From: Eubacteriales bacterium
GTDB taxonomy: Bacteria; Bacillota; Clostridia; Oscillospirales; CAG-272
Direction: 5' to 3'
NCBI GenBank assembly: GCA_045125655.1
Contig: JBGVNP010000109.1
Coordinates: forward strand, 1-62,619
Length of the DNA: 62,619 nt
Numbering within the stretch: position 1 is the stretch's first letter; each line of letters starts with the position of its first letter. The position numbers and the translations under genes were made by a program. Below, one piece after another: positions 21,698-31,518 of this stretch. The notes under the pieces were generated by a model, which was not told where the DNA came from, made no database searches, and worked only from the letters and a program-made list of their open reading frames with translations.

Positions 21698-24283
21698 TTA
21701 TTTGAGTCTATTGTTAAGCTCAAACAAAAGATTCATCGCCTCAACGGGCGTCATTGAATTAATGTCTATTTTCTTTATATCCTCAATTACCGATTTTTCG
21801 GTTATATCCTCAAAGGTAATAAGAGTTTCTATTTCTTCGGCAACGTTTGAATTGGACGTTGTTAAAGAGCGCGAGGTCTTTTCAACGGTGGCAAGTATTT
21901 CCTTGGCGCGTTTAATAACATCCTTTGGAAGACCTGCAAGCTTGGCAACCTCAATTCCGTAGCTATCATCGGTGGAGCCACGAATTATTTTTCTTAAGAA
22001 AATAATATCGTCTCCGCGCTTTTTAGCGGCAATATTATAGTTTACTATTCCCTCAAACTCGTCCTCCATTGAGGTTAGCTCGTGGTAGTGAGTCGCAAAA
22101 AGAGTTTTTGCACCGATTTTTTTGCTGTTTGTGTACTCGATAATCGCGCGTGCTATACTCATTCCGTCAAAGGTGGATGTGCCGCGTCCGACCTCGTCAT
22201 ATATGATAAGACTCTTTTGTGTTGCATTCCTTAAGATATATGCGACCTCGTTCATCTCAAGCATAAAGGTTGATTGTCCCGATGCAAGATCGTCCGATGC
22301 ACCAACTCTTGTGAACACCTTATCAACGATGCCGATTCTCACGTCGCTCGCGGGCACGAATGATCCTATTTGCGCCATAAGAACGATGAGCGCTACCTGA
22401 CGCATATACGTGGATTTGCCCGCCATATTAGGTCCTGTAATAAGCATAAGACGGTTAGCAGAAGTGTCAAGATATACGTCATTGGGAACGAAATAACTGT
22501 CCTTCACAAACTGCTCAACAACAGGGTGACGACCGTCCTTGATATCAATAACGTTGCTATCGTCTATCTCGGGCTTGATATAGTTATTCTTTGCCGCAAC
22601 GGTTGCAAGACCGTTATAAACGTCGAGCGTTGCAACAAGGTTGGCTGTTTTTCTGATTCTCTCGCTTTCATCTGCGACTCTTTGGCGTATCTCCTGGAAG
22701 AGATTATATTCGAGCGTGCAGACCTTATCAGCTGCACCGAGAATGGTTGCCTCAACGTCCTTCAGTTCCTGAGTGATATATCTTTCACAGTTTGAAAGCG
22801 TTTGCTTTCTTATGTAGCTTTCGGGAACCATATCTATGAGGGACTTTGTCACCTCAATATAGTAACCGAAAACCTTATTATAGTTGATTTTAAGGGTTTT
22901 GATGCCCGTTGCTTCTCTTTCCTTCTGAGTTATGCTTTCGATCCACAAATGACCGTCAGTCATAACCGAGCGAAGATGATCTATCTCGGCACTGTAGCCC
23001 TCAAGAATTATGCCACCGTCACGAACCGAGAACGGAGCATCCTCTTTAATTGATTTTTGGATAAGGTTATATACGTCGGAAAGCGTGTCAAAGCTTTCAT
23101 AAACCTTTTTAAGCTCATCGCACTTACAATCTGCTATGAGTGATTTGATTTCGGGGAATACTGATATAGTATTGCATACCGCTCTCAAATCCTTGCCGTT
23201 TGCTGTGCCGTATATTATCTTTGTGAGCAATCTTTCAAGGTCAAGAACTCCCGAAAGAAGCTCGTCAAGCTCCTTGCGCTTGATAAAATCGTGATAGAGC
23301 TCCTCGACCGCATCCTGTCTTTTCAAAATAAGAGAAGATTTGAGCAAGGGATGCTCAACCCACTGGCGAAGAAGTCTTGCGCCGGGTGCTGTTTTGGTCT
23401 TATCGAGAACCCACAAAAGTGAGCCCCTCTTTTCCTTGGTTCTCATGGTTTCGCAAAGCTCAAGATTGCGCCTTGAGTTCACGTCGATTTCCATGAACTG
23501 ACCTGTTGTATATATCTTCAAGTCAGTGATATTTGAATTGTCGGTCTTTTGCATCTCGCAAATATAATTTACAAGAGCACCAATGGAGCAGATAACCGCT
23601 TTTCTTCCCTCCCACGCGCTTCTCTCACTCTCAAACAAGGAGCGAACGCAGTCAAAAGAGGTATTGTAATCAAATCTGAATGCCTGTCCGTCAGAGATGA
23701 GGGAGGATACTCTCTCCTTAATAAACTGTCCTTTATCGCTAAGCGAATCAAGTGTGGAGTTTATAATTATCTCGCTTGGACGGTAGGTGGAAAGCTCCGT
23801 ATTAAGCTTTGAAAGCATTTCCTTGCCGTTAAAGGAGGTGGCAAATGCCTGTCCTGTAGAAACGTCGGCAAAGCAGACACCTATTTCTTCCACGTCGAAA
23901 TAAACCGCGCAAAGGTAGTTGTTCTGATTCTCCTTTAATAGTCCCGGCTCAATGATAGTCGCGGGAGTAACCACTCTCGTAACGTCACGTCGCACAAGAC
24001 CTTTGGCAAGTGATGGGTCTTCAAGCTGCTCACAAATAGCAACTTTATATCCCTTTTCTATAAGACGACCTATATAGCCCTCTGCACTGTGAAAAGGCAC
24101 ACCGCACATGGGAGCACGCTCCTCCTCACCGCAATCTCTGCCCGTAAGTGTAAGCTCAAGCTCACGGGATGCTAGGATTGCATCGTCAAAGAACATCTCA
24201 TAGAAATCACCCAAGCGATAGAACAAAAGGTAATCCTTATATTTATTTTTTATCTCGAAATACTGTTCCATCATTGGAGTCAT
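21698..24283 (-). CDS. mutS: DNA mismatch repair protein MutS
   Basis: 861 aa. N-terminal TPMMEQY...GDFYE mismatch-binding motif. Walker A GPNMAGKST. Confidence 0.97.
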   Translation of the reverse strand: MTPMMEQYFEIKNKYKDYLLFYRLGDFYEMFFDDAILASRELELTLTGRDCGEEERAPMCGVPFHSAEGYIGRLIEKGYKVAICEQLEDPSLAKGLVRRDVTRVVTPATIIEPGLLKENQNNYLCAVYFDVEEIGVCFADVSTGQAFATSFNGKEMLSKLNTELSTYRPSEIIINSTLDSLSDKGQFIKERVSSLISDGQAFRFDYNTSFDCVRSLFESERSAWEGRKAVICSIGALVNYICEMQKTDNSNITDLKIYTTGQFMEIDVNSRRNLELCETMRTKEKRGSLLWVLDKTKTAPGARLLRQWVEHPLLKSSLILKRQDAVEELYHDFIKRKELDELLSGVLDLERLLTKIIYGTANGKDLRAVCNTISVFPEIKSLIADCKCDELKKVYESFDTLSDVYNLIQKSIKEDAPFSVRDGGIILEGYSAEIDHLRSVMTDGHLWIESITQKEREATGIKTLKINYNKVFGYYIEVTKSLIDMVPESYIRKQTLSNCERYITQELKDVEATILGAADKVCTLEYNLFQEIRQRVADESERIRKTANLVATLDVYNGLATVAAKNNYIKPEIDDSNVIDIKDGRHPVVEQFVKDSYFVPNDVYLDTSANRLMLITGPNMAGKSTYMRQVALIVLMAQIGSFVPASDVRIGIVDKVFTRVGASDDLASGQSTFMLEMNEVAYILRNATQKSLIIYDEVGRGTSTFDGMSIARAIIEYTNSKKIGAKTLFATHYHELTSMEDEFEGIVNYNIAAKKRGDDIIFLRKIIRGSTDDSYGIEVAKLAGLPKDVIKRAKEILATVEKTSRSLTTSNSNVAEEIETLITFEDITEKSVIEDIKKIDINSMTPVEAMNLLFELNNRLK

Positions 24284-24316
24284 ACAGTAACTCTCCTTAT
24301 CAACAAAAAGAATTTT

Positions 24317-24709
24317 TTAGTGGCACTGTGAATGGCAGGTTGCACAGTTGTGTGTACATGCCGTTTTGGGATCTTCTCCTGTAATTGCACAGGTAATTGT
24401 GTTATTTACCTCATTCATAAGCTCGTTTACCTCAAGCTGGAGCTGATTAAGGCGCAAAAATGAGGGATTGGTAACTACCTCATGATAAAGCTCATTAATT
24501 CTCTCATTGATAGCATCAATAGTGTAGCTATCCTTCTCTTCCTTCATCATTTCAGACTGAAGTGCCTGCTGCTGAACGTCATATTCCTCAAGCGCCTTTT
24601 TTAATTCAGTGTCGTTTTCGTAAGCTTTTTTTGCTTCTTCAAATTCCACAAGGCGTGCATCCTTCTTTATAGCTTCACCAAGAAGCTTTGCAAGTTCAAA
24701 AATTTCCAT
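24317..24709 (-). CDS. ricA: YmcA/RicA-like protein (YheA/YmcA/DUF963 family) with Cys-rich C-terminal tail
   Basis: 130-aa helical protein located between miaB and mutS, as ymcA is in B. subtilis. The tail is CTHNCATCHSQCH. Confidence 0.6.
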   Translation of the reverse strand: MEIFELAKLLGEAIKKDARLVEFEEAKKAYENDTELKKALEEYDVQQQALQSEMMKEEKDSYTIDAINERINELYHEVVTNPSFLRLNQLQLEVNELMNEVNNTITCAITGEDPKTACTHNCATCHSQCH

Positions 24710-24720
24710 AATTATCTCCT

Positions 24721-26139
24721 TTATTCAACGATCTCGCCAAGAAGCGCGAACGTTTCACATTTTGTAATCTTAATATTTACGTATTTGCCCTCAAGAGCAG
24801 TATCACCGGAGAACAAAACTATTTTATTCCCCTCAGTTCTTCCGCAAAGAACATCGGGATTATTTTTGCTTTTGCCGTCGCAAAGCACACGAATAGTTTC
24901 CCCAAGATGCTTTTGATTTATTTCATAAGCAATTTCATTTTGAAGATTGAGCAAGCGATTAAATCGCTCCGATTGGACAGCTGACGGCACCTGATCCTCC
25001 ATCTCGGCGGCGGGGGTACCCTTTCTTGGGGAGTAAATGAAGGAATATATCATATCGTACTTTACGCGTCTTAACGCCTTAAGGGTTCCTTCAAAATCCT
25101 CCTCGGTTTCGCCAGGGAAACCAACTATTATATCCGTGGTAATGACTATATCCGGAATTTTTTCCTTCATGTAATCCACTATCTCAAAATATCTGTCAAG
25201 CTGATAATGTCTATTCATCTTTTTAAGTATGGCATCGCTACCCGATTGAAGCGGCAAGTGGAATTGCTTCGCAACTCTCTTGTTCTTAGCTATAACGTCA
25301 ACGAGCTTTTTGGTTGCATCCTTGGGGTGACTCGTCATAAAGTGAAGAATGAAATCTCCATCAATCTGCGCAAGCTCGTCAAGCAAATCTGCAAAATCAT
25401 AGTCAAATCCCATATCCTTGCCGTACGAATTGACATTTTGTCCAAGCAAGGTTATATCATTATAGCCATCGGCAACAAGCTGTTTAACCTCGGCAATTAT
25501 CTCCTCTTTTCTGCGACTTCTCTCGCGCCCTCTTACGTATGGCACGATGCAGTAAGTACAGAAGTTGTTACAGCCGTACATAATGGAGACCCAAGCGCGA
25601 TAATTGCTCTCGCGGCGAATGGGAAGTCCTTCTGCAACGCTATAGTCCTCATCGGTACAATAGAGTCTTTTTCCTCTTTTGATTTTTTCTGAGAGAAGCT
25701 GGGGCAATTTATGTATTGCCGCCGTCGAAAATACAAAATCAACGTAAGGATATTTAAATTTTATATCGTTAACTCTATGCTCCTGCGTTACCATACATCC
25801 GCAGACTGCGATCACAAGATCGGGATTCTTCTGCTTGATGTGCTTATACTGACCTATTATCGAAAGCGCTTTGAGCTCTGCATGCTCACGGATAGCACAG
25901 GTATTGACAACTATAAGATATGCCTTTTCGGGAGAGTTTAATATCTCATAACCCATTGCCTCTGCCATACCTGCAATCTTTTCACTGTCTGCTTCATTCT
26001 GCTGACAGCCGAAGGTCATAACGAACGCGCCCTTTCTAAATCCGTTTTCAAGGGCAAACGCATCATTTTCCTCTCTGATGCGATTCATATATTTAAACTG
26101 TTTTTCAATATCGTGTGGGGATAAAATTTTAGTGTTCAA
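24721..26139 (-). CDS. miaB: tRNA-2-methylthio-N6-dimethylallyladenosine synthase
   Basis: UPF0004 N-domain (TFGCQQN), radical-SAM CNNFCTYC, C-terminal TRAM domain. The TTG start at 26139 is uncertain. Confidence 0.9.
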   Translation of the reverse strand: MNTKILSPHDIEKQFKYMNRIREENDAFALENGFRKGAFVMTFGCQQNEADSEKIAGMAEAMGYEILNSPEKAYLIVVNTCAIREHAELKALSIIGQYKHIKQKNPDLVIAVCGCMVTQEHRVNDIKFKYPYVDFVFSTAAIHKLPQLLSEKIKRGKRLYCTDEDYSVAEGLPIRRESNYRAWVSIMYGCNNFCTYCIVPYVRGRERSRRKEEIIAEVKQLVADGYNDITLLGQNVNSYGKDMGFDYDFADLLDELAQIDGDFILHFMTSHPKDATKKLVDVIAKNKRVAKQFHLPLQSGSDAILKKMNRHYQLDRYFEIVDYMKEKIPDIVITTDIIVGFPGETEEDFEGTLKALRRVKYDMIYSFIYSPRKGTPAAEMEDQVPSAVQSERFNRLLNLQNEIAYEINQKHLGETIRVLCDGKSKNNPDVLCGRTEGNKIVLFSGDTALEGKYVNIKITKCETFALLGEIVE

Positions 26140-26177
26140 AATAAACTACTCCATAATACATAATATATCAGTTTATT

Positions 26178-26206
26178 ATTATACAACCAACTTTGCAAAA
26201 AGTCAA
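26178..26206 (-). promoter_or_regulatory. Promoter of the miaB-led gene string
   Basis: Minus strand reads TTGACT, 17 nt, TATAAT. Confidence 0.6.
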
Positions 26207-26240
26207 TAAATTTGAGCTGATAATTTTATAAAATTTAATA

Positions 26241-26266
26241 AAAATCTCCCCAATTTCTTGGGGAGA
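26241..26266 (-). terminator. Intrinsic terminator of the EEP-family gene
   Basis: Minus strand reads TCTCCCCAA gaaa TTGGGGAGA followed by TTTTTATT. Confidence 0.6.
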
Positions 26267-26271
26267 AATGA

Positions 26272-27165
26272 TTATTTAAGCTTAACCTTAATGTAAATTG
26301 ATGAGTGGTCACTGGAATACACTCCATCGTGGCAGTTATCCACTATTCTGTATTCGGAAACGATGCTTTTATCTTTACTTATCATAATGTAGTCGATCCT
26401 ATCTTTGTCGGGCTTTGTTCCCCATTTATGATAGGTAGGGCCTTCATCGGCGACGGCTGCTATATCGTGTGCATCGTCAAAGTCCTCTTTGGTTGAAAGA
26501 ATAGTTTCGGTATCGGGCTCGGCGTTGAGATCACCCATCAAAAATGCGGGAATATCTCCAAATTCCGAAATTTTGTCAAGCACTACCTTTATACCGTTAA
26601 TTCTTGCCTCATCGCTGACATGATCCAAATGCGCGTTAAATACAACGAATTGCTTTTCGGTTTTTAGATCCTCAAGAATAATATACGTGCATATTCTATA
26701 GTGGGCTGCTCCCCAGCTCTTACTCATAATATCGGGGGTTTCACTGAGCCAAAAGCTTCCGCTATCGATCTTTTTATACTTGTCCGTTCTATAGAAAACG
26801 GGACATCCCTCACTGAGAATAAAATCGTCACGGTATGCTATTTCAGAATCGTAATCGGGCATGGACCTCTTCAAAAAATCGTAATGAACAAAGGTAACCT
26901 CTTGAAATCCGATAATATCGGGCTTAACGGAATTGATATCCTCAATTATGAGATGTGCGCGATAAAACCAGCTTTTTTTGAACATATCCTCGGGAGAATA
27001 GCATCTCACGTTTGTGCTCATTATGGTCATTTCCTCACTTTCCGTGTAAGAAAGCTCAACTCTATGCTCCTCAAGCAAATACTTGGGAAGATAGAAAACC
27101 TGAATGAGCAAAAAAGCAACTATAACAACGAGCAAGAAAATCGAAATACCTTTAATTGCCGCCAT
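26272..27165 (-). CDS. Endonuclease/exonuclease/phosphatase (EEP) family protein, membrane-anchored
   Basis: N-terminal TM helix. EEP blocks IIGFQEV, FNAHLDH, GDLNAEP, SDHSSIY. AGGAGG RBS. Confidence 0.8.
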   Translation of the reverse strand: MAAIKGISIFLLVVIVAFLLIQVFYLPKYLLEEHRVELSYTESEEMTIMSTNVRCYSPEDMFKKSWFYRAHLIIEDINSVKPDIIGFQEVTFVHYDFLKRSMPDYDSEIAYRDDFILSEGCPVFYRTDKYKKIDSGSFWLSETPDIMSKSWGAAHYRICTYIILEDLKTEKQFVVFNAHLDHVSDEARINGIKVVLDKISEFGDIPAFLMGDLNAEPDTETILSTKEDFDDAHDIAAVADEGPTYHKWGTKPDKDRIDYIMISKDKSIVSEYRIVDNCHDGVYSSDHSSIYIKVKLK

Positions 27166-27240
27166 AAAATAAACCTCCTAATTTTTGATTATTTTGATTA
27201 TATCACACTTTTTTATCTTTGGCAACAGAAAATTTATCGC

Positions 27241-27269
27241 TTGACATTGGTGCACCTTTAATGTATAAT
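27241..27269 (+). promoter_or_regulatory. Promoter of topB
   Basis: TTGACA, 17 nt, TATAAT, about 30 nt upstream of the AAAGGAG RBS. Confidence 0.6.
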
Positions 27270-27300
27270 AACTAAGTAAATTTACCGAAAGGAGATCGCT

Positions 27301-29421
27301 ATGATACTGATAATAGCCGAAAAGCCAAGTCTTGCCCGAAACATTGGCGCGGGAATCGGAAAAATGAATAATAAAAACGGTTATCTTGAGGGAAACGGGT
27401 ACCTTATAACTTGGGCGTTTGGCCATCTCTTTTCGCTTGTAGATATAGAGCATTATAATCCATCCCCCGACGGAAGCGGAAGATGGACAATGCAAAACCT
27501 CCCCTGCTTTCCGAAAAGCTTTGTTTTTGAATTAAAAAAGGATGCAAAAAAGCAGGTCGATGCAGGCGTTGTAAAACAGTTCAACACCATAAAATATCTT
27601 TGCAATCGCGATGACGTTGATACCATCGTCAATGCTGGAGACGCCGACCGAGAGGGAGAAATAATCGTTCGACTCTGCATACAAAATGCACTCCAATCAA
27701 AAAAGGCGATCAAGCGCTTATGGCTTCCCGACCAGACACCCCAAACGGTAGCCAAGGCACTAACTGAGATGAAGGATGATACGGAGTATCAAAATCTCGC
27801 CAACGAGGGATTTGCGCGAACATATATTGACTGGCTCTACGGTGTGAATCTCACACGTTATGCTACTCTTAAAACGGGTACTCTTCTTCGTGTTGGACGC
27901 GTTATCGTGCCCATCGTTAAGGCAATCTATGACAGGGATATGGCGATCAAAAATTTCGTGCCTGAAAAGTATTATCAGATAGCAAGCAAGGAATTTACAA
28001 ACGGTGAGGTCGTTGAGCTTAACGGCAAGGATAAATTTTCAAAGGACGAATTATTCAAGGCGGAGGAGCTATGTAAAAAATACAATGCCTCCACTGCTCT
28101 CGTCACTTCGGTCAAGAAAAAGAAGGATACTCTCTATCCAGGTAAGTTGTATTCCCTTTCCAAGCTCCAAAACGTGCTTGGCAAGAAATACAAAATGTCC
28201 ATGAAGCAGAGTCTTGATATAATTCAAAAGCTCTATGAGAGCGGTTATCTTACCTACCCGAGAACAAACTCGGAATATCTTGCCACAAGTGAGCAAGGCA
28301 AGGTAAAATCCATACTTGAAAGCTGTAAAAAGCTCGGATATCCCGTAGAGTTCAAGTTTTCAAAAAAGATATTTGACGACTCTAAAATAGAATCCCACTC
28401 CGCGCTTACTCCTACCTATAAGATTCCCGATGCTTCCAAACTCTCACCCGATGAGATGAAGGTATATTCAACGGTGTTCCGTCGTTTTGTTGCAGTTTTC
28501 TGCGCCGAGGAATGTATCGTTGAAAAAAGTGAAATCAATATAAAGGTTGGGGAATACGAGGAGTTCTCTATCAAGGGAACAGTCATTCTCAAAAAGGGTT
28601 GGACAAAATATGATGACTATACTCAAAAGGATAAAATTCTTCCGAAGCTTTCAAAGGGCGATATAGTAGAAATCAATTTCAAACCCGTGGAAAAGGAAAC
28701 TGCTCCGCCAAGGCATTACACTATAGAAACCCTTAACAACTATCTTAAAAATCCCTTTAAAGATGACAAGGTAGCACTTGATGATAAGTCGGCAGGCGAT
28801 GACTCCGAGGGTACTGATGATACTGAGGATTACAAGGCAATTTTTGAAGGCCTTGAGCTTGGTACAGAGGCAACGAGAACGGGCATTATAGACAATGCAC
28901 GTAAAAGTCAATACATTCATCTTAACAAGGACGTCTACACAATTCTTCCGGGTGGAATTTTTATGATAGAGTCTCTTTTAAGAATGAATATAAATATGGA
29001 CAAATACAAGACAAGTCAGCTCGGTCAAGCACTTAAAAGGGTGTATCGCGGACAAATAGAAATAGATGATGCTATCAAGCTCACAGAGAATGAGCTTGCC
29101 GCTATATTTGAAAGCAAAGACGCTCCCATTGAGCTTGACACTGACAATGGATTCTTCGGTGACGTAGTTGGCGTGTGTCCTCTTTGCGGTGGTAATGTTA
29201 AGCGAACAAAATTCGGTTACGGATGCTCAAATTTTAGAGAAAAGGATTGCAAATTCAGTTTTGGTGCTTACATCCTCGGACGCTCTATTTCCATAGCAAA
29301 TGCAAAGATGCTTTTGGAGACCGGTAAAACCTCAAAAATTCAAGGATTCACCTCTAAAAACGGCAAAAAATTCGATGCCTTTTTGAAATTACAGGACGGA
29401 AAGGTCGTTTTCGACTTTTAA
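27301..29421 (+). CDS. topB: DNA topoisomerase III
   Basis: 706 aa. Toprim start MILIIAEKPS, DxD motif GDADREGE, active-site Tyr context GYLTYPRTNSEYL. C-terminal zinc ribbon CPLCGG...CSNFREKDC. Confidence 0.9.
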   Translation: MILIIAEKPSLARNIGAGIGKMNNKNGYLEGNGYLITWAFGHLFSLVDIEHYNPSPDGSGRWTMQNLPCFPKSFVFELKKDAKKQVDAGVVKQFNTIKYLCNRDDVDTIVNAGDADREGEIIVRLCIQNALQSKKAIKRLWLPDQTPQTVAKALTEMKDDTEYQNLANEGFARTYIDWLYGVNLTRYATLKTGTLLRVGRVIVPIVKAIYDRDMAIKNFVPEKYYQIASKEFTNGEVVELNGKDKFSKDELFKAEELCKKYNASTALVTSVKKKKDTLYPGKLYSLSKLQNVLGKKYKMSMKQSLDIIQKLYESGYLTYPRTNSEYLATSEQGKVKSILESCKKLGYPVEFKFSKKIFDDSKIESHSALTPTYKIPDASKLSPDEMKVYSTVFRRFVAVFCAEECIVEKSEINIKVGEYEEFSIKGTVILKKGWTKYDDYTQKDKILPKLSKGDIVEINFKPVEKETAPPRHYTIETLNNYLKNPFKDDKVALDDKSAGDDSEGTDDTEDYKAIFEGLELGTEATRTGIIDNARKSQYIHLNKDVYTILPGGIFMIESLLRMNINMDKYKTSQLGQALKRVYRGQIEIDDAIKLTENELAAIFESKDAPIELDTDNGFFGDVVGVCPLCGGNVKRTKFGYGCSNFREKDCKFSFGAYILGRSISIANAKMLLETGKTSKIQGFTSKNGKKFDAFLKLQDGKVVFDF

Positions 29422-29605
29422 CTTGAAATCTCCTCTTTTTAACACAATATTCGACTTACAAATATACTGTTAGAGGACAGTTTTATTTGTGAAATTTTTC
29501 CACTAACAATTTACTTATCAGTGATTAAGAAGCTATTATCAGTGGGAAAAATATACCTGAGATTGAAATAAGACTGACAGCTTATCTCATCATGGAGGTA
29601 TTGGA

Positions 29606-29953
29606 ATGAGTGTTAAAAGAGGAGATATTTTTTATGCGGATCTAAGCCCTGTAGTGGGCTCGGAGCAAGGAGGGCTACGCCCGGTTTTGATAGTTCAAAA
29701 CGACGTTGGAAATAAGCACAGCCCGACCGTTATTGCGGCGGCAATCACATCAAAAATGAACAAATCCCACCTGCCAACTCACATCGACGTGAATGCAACT
29801 GAAGTTGGTCTTGCAAAGGATTCCGTCATTTTGCTCGAGCAGATTCGCACCATTGACAAGCAACGGTTAAAAGAAAAGATGGGGCATCTTGACGATAAGA
29901 CGATGGATGCGGTCAACTCTGCTATAGCGGTGAGCTTTGGGCTTTTATCGTGA
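29606..29953 (+). CDS. mazF: MazF/PemK-family endoribonuclease toxin (EndoA-like)
   Basis: 115 aa. [46 protein letters not shown] is near-canonical EndoA/MazF. GGAGG RBS. Confidence 0.9.
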   Translation: MSVKRGDIFYADLSPVVGSEQGGLRPVLIVQNDVGNKHSPTVIAAAITSKMNKSHLPTHIDVNATEVGLAKDSVILLEQIRTIDKQRLKEKMGHLDDKTMDAVNSAIAVSFGLLS

Positions 29954-30062
29954 TGTTTTCTCAACGATTGTTCATTTTTATTTACAAAAAGTTATTGATT
30001 TTTTTTGATGAATGAGATAGAATAATACTCGTTAAAATATTATCCCATTTGGAGAAATCACA

Positions 30063-30803
30063 ATGAAATTCACAAAAGATTATAGCATAAGATGGCACGA
30101 TACCAATGCCAACCGCGAAATAACTCCCTCCGCAATACTTACATTTATGCAAGAGACCACAAACAAGCATATTCAAACTATGTATCCAACTCTTGAATAC
30201 ATTCGCGACGAGCTTCATCAAGCATTTATCCTCTCAAAGGTATATATGCGCTTTTATGAGCCCGCTCATGCCTATGATGATATAACAGTGGAAACGTGGA
30301 CGGGTGTTGAATCGAGGGGCTTTACCTTTTATAGAAGCTTTTGCGTCAAGAGGGGCGAAACCGTTATTGCCGATGCACTCACCACTTGGTGTCTTATCGA
30401 TACTCTTGAGCATAAATTGCTTCCCGTGAGCAAATTTGAAAATAATTTTGTTGATGAGGAATCATTAAAGGTAGATATGCCGAGAAAGATAAAATTCCCC
30501 GCCGAACGCGAGCTTGAATTTGTTGGAAACAGAAAGATAGTTTACAGTGATATAGACTACAACAAGCACATGAACAATACTCATTACCCCAGCATGCTCG
30601 TTGACTTCCTTCCCTCTCCCGAAAAGCATCGCGTGAGAGAGATTATGCTTTCATTCGTAAAAGGCGCGATGTATGAGGATACTCTCAAGGTACATAGAGT
30701 AAATGAGGGCGATACCTTCTACTTTAAAGCTCTCAATTCTGAGGATAACGTTTGCCTCGAAGCATTTATAAAGACCGAGCCACAGGATTTTGAAATAAAA
30801 TAG
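30063..30803 (+). CDS. Acyl-[acyl-carrier-protein] thioesterase
   Basis: 246-aa double hot-dog. N-terminus YSIRWHDTNANREITPSAILTFMQETT and second-half DIDYNKHMNNTHY are typical of the acyl-ACP thioesterase family. Confidence 0.8.
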   Translation: MKFTKDYSIRWHDTNANREITPSAILTFMQETTNKHIQTMYPTLEYIRDELHQAFILSKVYMRFYEPAHAYDDITVETWTGVESRGFTFYRSFCVKRGETVIADALTTWCLIDTLEHKLLPVSKFENNFVDEESLKVDMPRKIKFPAERELEFVGNRKIVYSDIDYNKHMNNTHYPSMLVDFLPSPEKHRVREIMLSFVKGAMYEDTLKVHRVNEGDTFYFKALNSEDNVCLEAFIKTEPQDFEIK

Positions 30804-30812
30804 TAATAATTG

Positions 30813-30857
30813 ACCTCCGTTTTGAATATAGTTGATTAACTATAAAAAAACGGAGGT
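30813..30857 (+). promoter_or_regulatory. Hairpin sequestering the RBS of the downstream LRR gene (also terminator-like)
   Basis: ACCTCCGTTTT pairs with AAAACGGAGGT (11 bp), with an inner TATAGTT/AACTATA stem. The 3' arm contains the GGAGG located 10 nt before the ATG at 30867. Confidence 0.4.
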
Positions 30858-30866
30858 TTAATATTT

Positions 30867-31484
30867 ATGAAGTACACACATCTTATCTCTCTTCTTCTCT
30901 TTTTTGCCATTCTTGTGCTTGCTTTATTCCTTAGCGGACGGCAAATAAATAGTAAAATTGAAAAAACGATAAGGGAAAATTATGAAAAGGATATACAAAT
31001 TCTAAAAGACAAAATAAATAAGCATTCCGAGCTTATCAGCTCGATAATAAACATCAAGGATAAGGAAGAAGAAGCCGAAAGCACTGACGATGCCAAAGAC
31101 GAAAGCACCAATGCCAGCGGTCTTGAATTCGAATACATAAAAACAGATGGCGGTATTGCAATCACAAAATACACAGGAAGTAAAACGAGCGTTACAATAC
31201 CAAATAAAATTGACGGCTCATCGGTAGTTAAAATCAATGAAAATGCATTTTCCGACACAAGGATAAAAAGCATCACCCTTCCTGTCAGTTGCAGAGAAAT
31301 AGATTGGTTTGCCTTTTACGGTTGCTTTGCTCTTACCACTGTATACGTACCGTCCGCCGTTGAAATTATTGGATACGGTGCATTTGACGGATGCTCAAAA
31401 GCATTGGTGATATACTGTGAAAACGGCTCGTTTGCAGAGCAATACGCTCAAAGCTTTGGAATAAATTATTCTAATTTCAAATAA
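30867..31484 (+). CDS. Membrane-anchored BspA-type leucine-rich repeat protein
   Basis: TM helix, coiled-coil/acidic linker, then repeats ITIPNKI...INENAFSDTRIKSITLP...IDWFAFYGC..LTTVYVPSAVEIIGYGAFDGC. Confidence 0.7.
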   Translation: MKYTHLISLLLFFAILVLALFLSGRQINSKIEKTIRENYEKDIQILKDKINKHSELISSIINIKDKEEEAESTDDAKDESTNASGLEFEYIKTDGGIAITKYTGSKTSVTIPNKIDGSSVVKINENAFSDTRIKSITLPVSCREIDWFAFYGCFALTTVYVPSAVEIIGYGAFDGCSKALVIYCENGSFAEQYAQSFGINYSNFK

Positions 31485-31516
31485 AAAGACCAAGGAAAAA
31501 ATCCTTGGTCTTTTTA
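31483..31516. terminator. Bidirectional terminator (LRR gene / ppa)
   Basis: AAAAAGACCAAGGA aaaaa TCCTTGGTCTTTTT. Confidence 0.7.
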
Positions 31517-31518
31517 TT

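Noticed and set aside
26701-27495. 186-aa (+) and 105-aa (-) ORFs around the EEP/topB junction
   Set aside because: The first is antisense to the EEP gene. The second overlaps the topB promoter and 5' end. Neither has translation signals.
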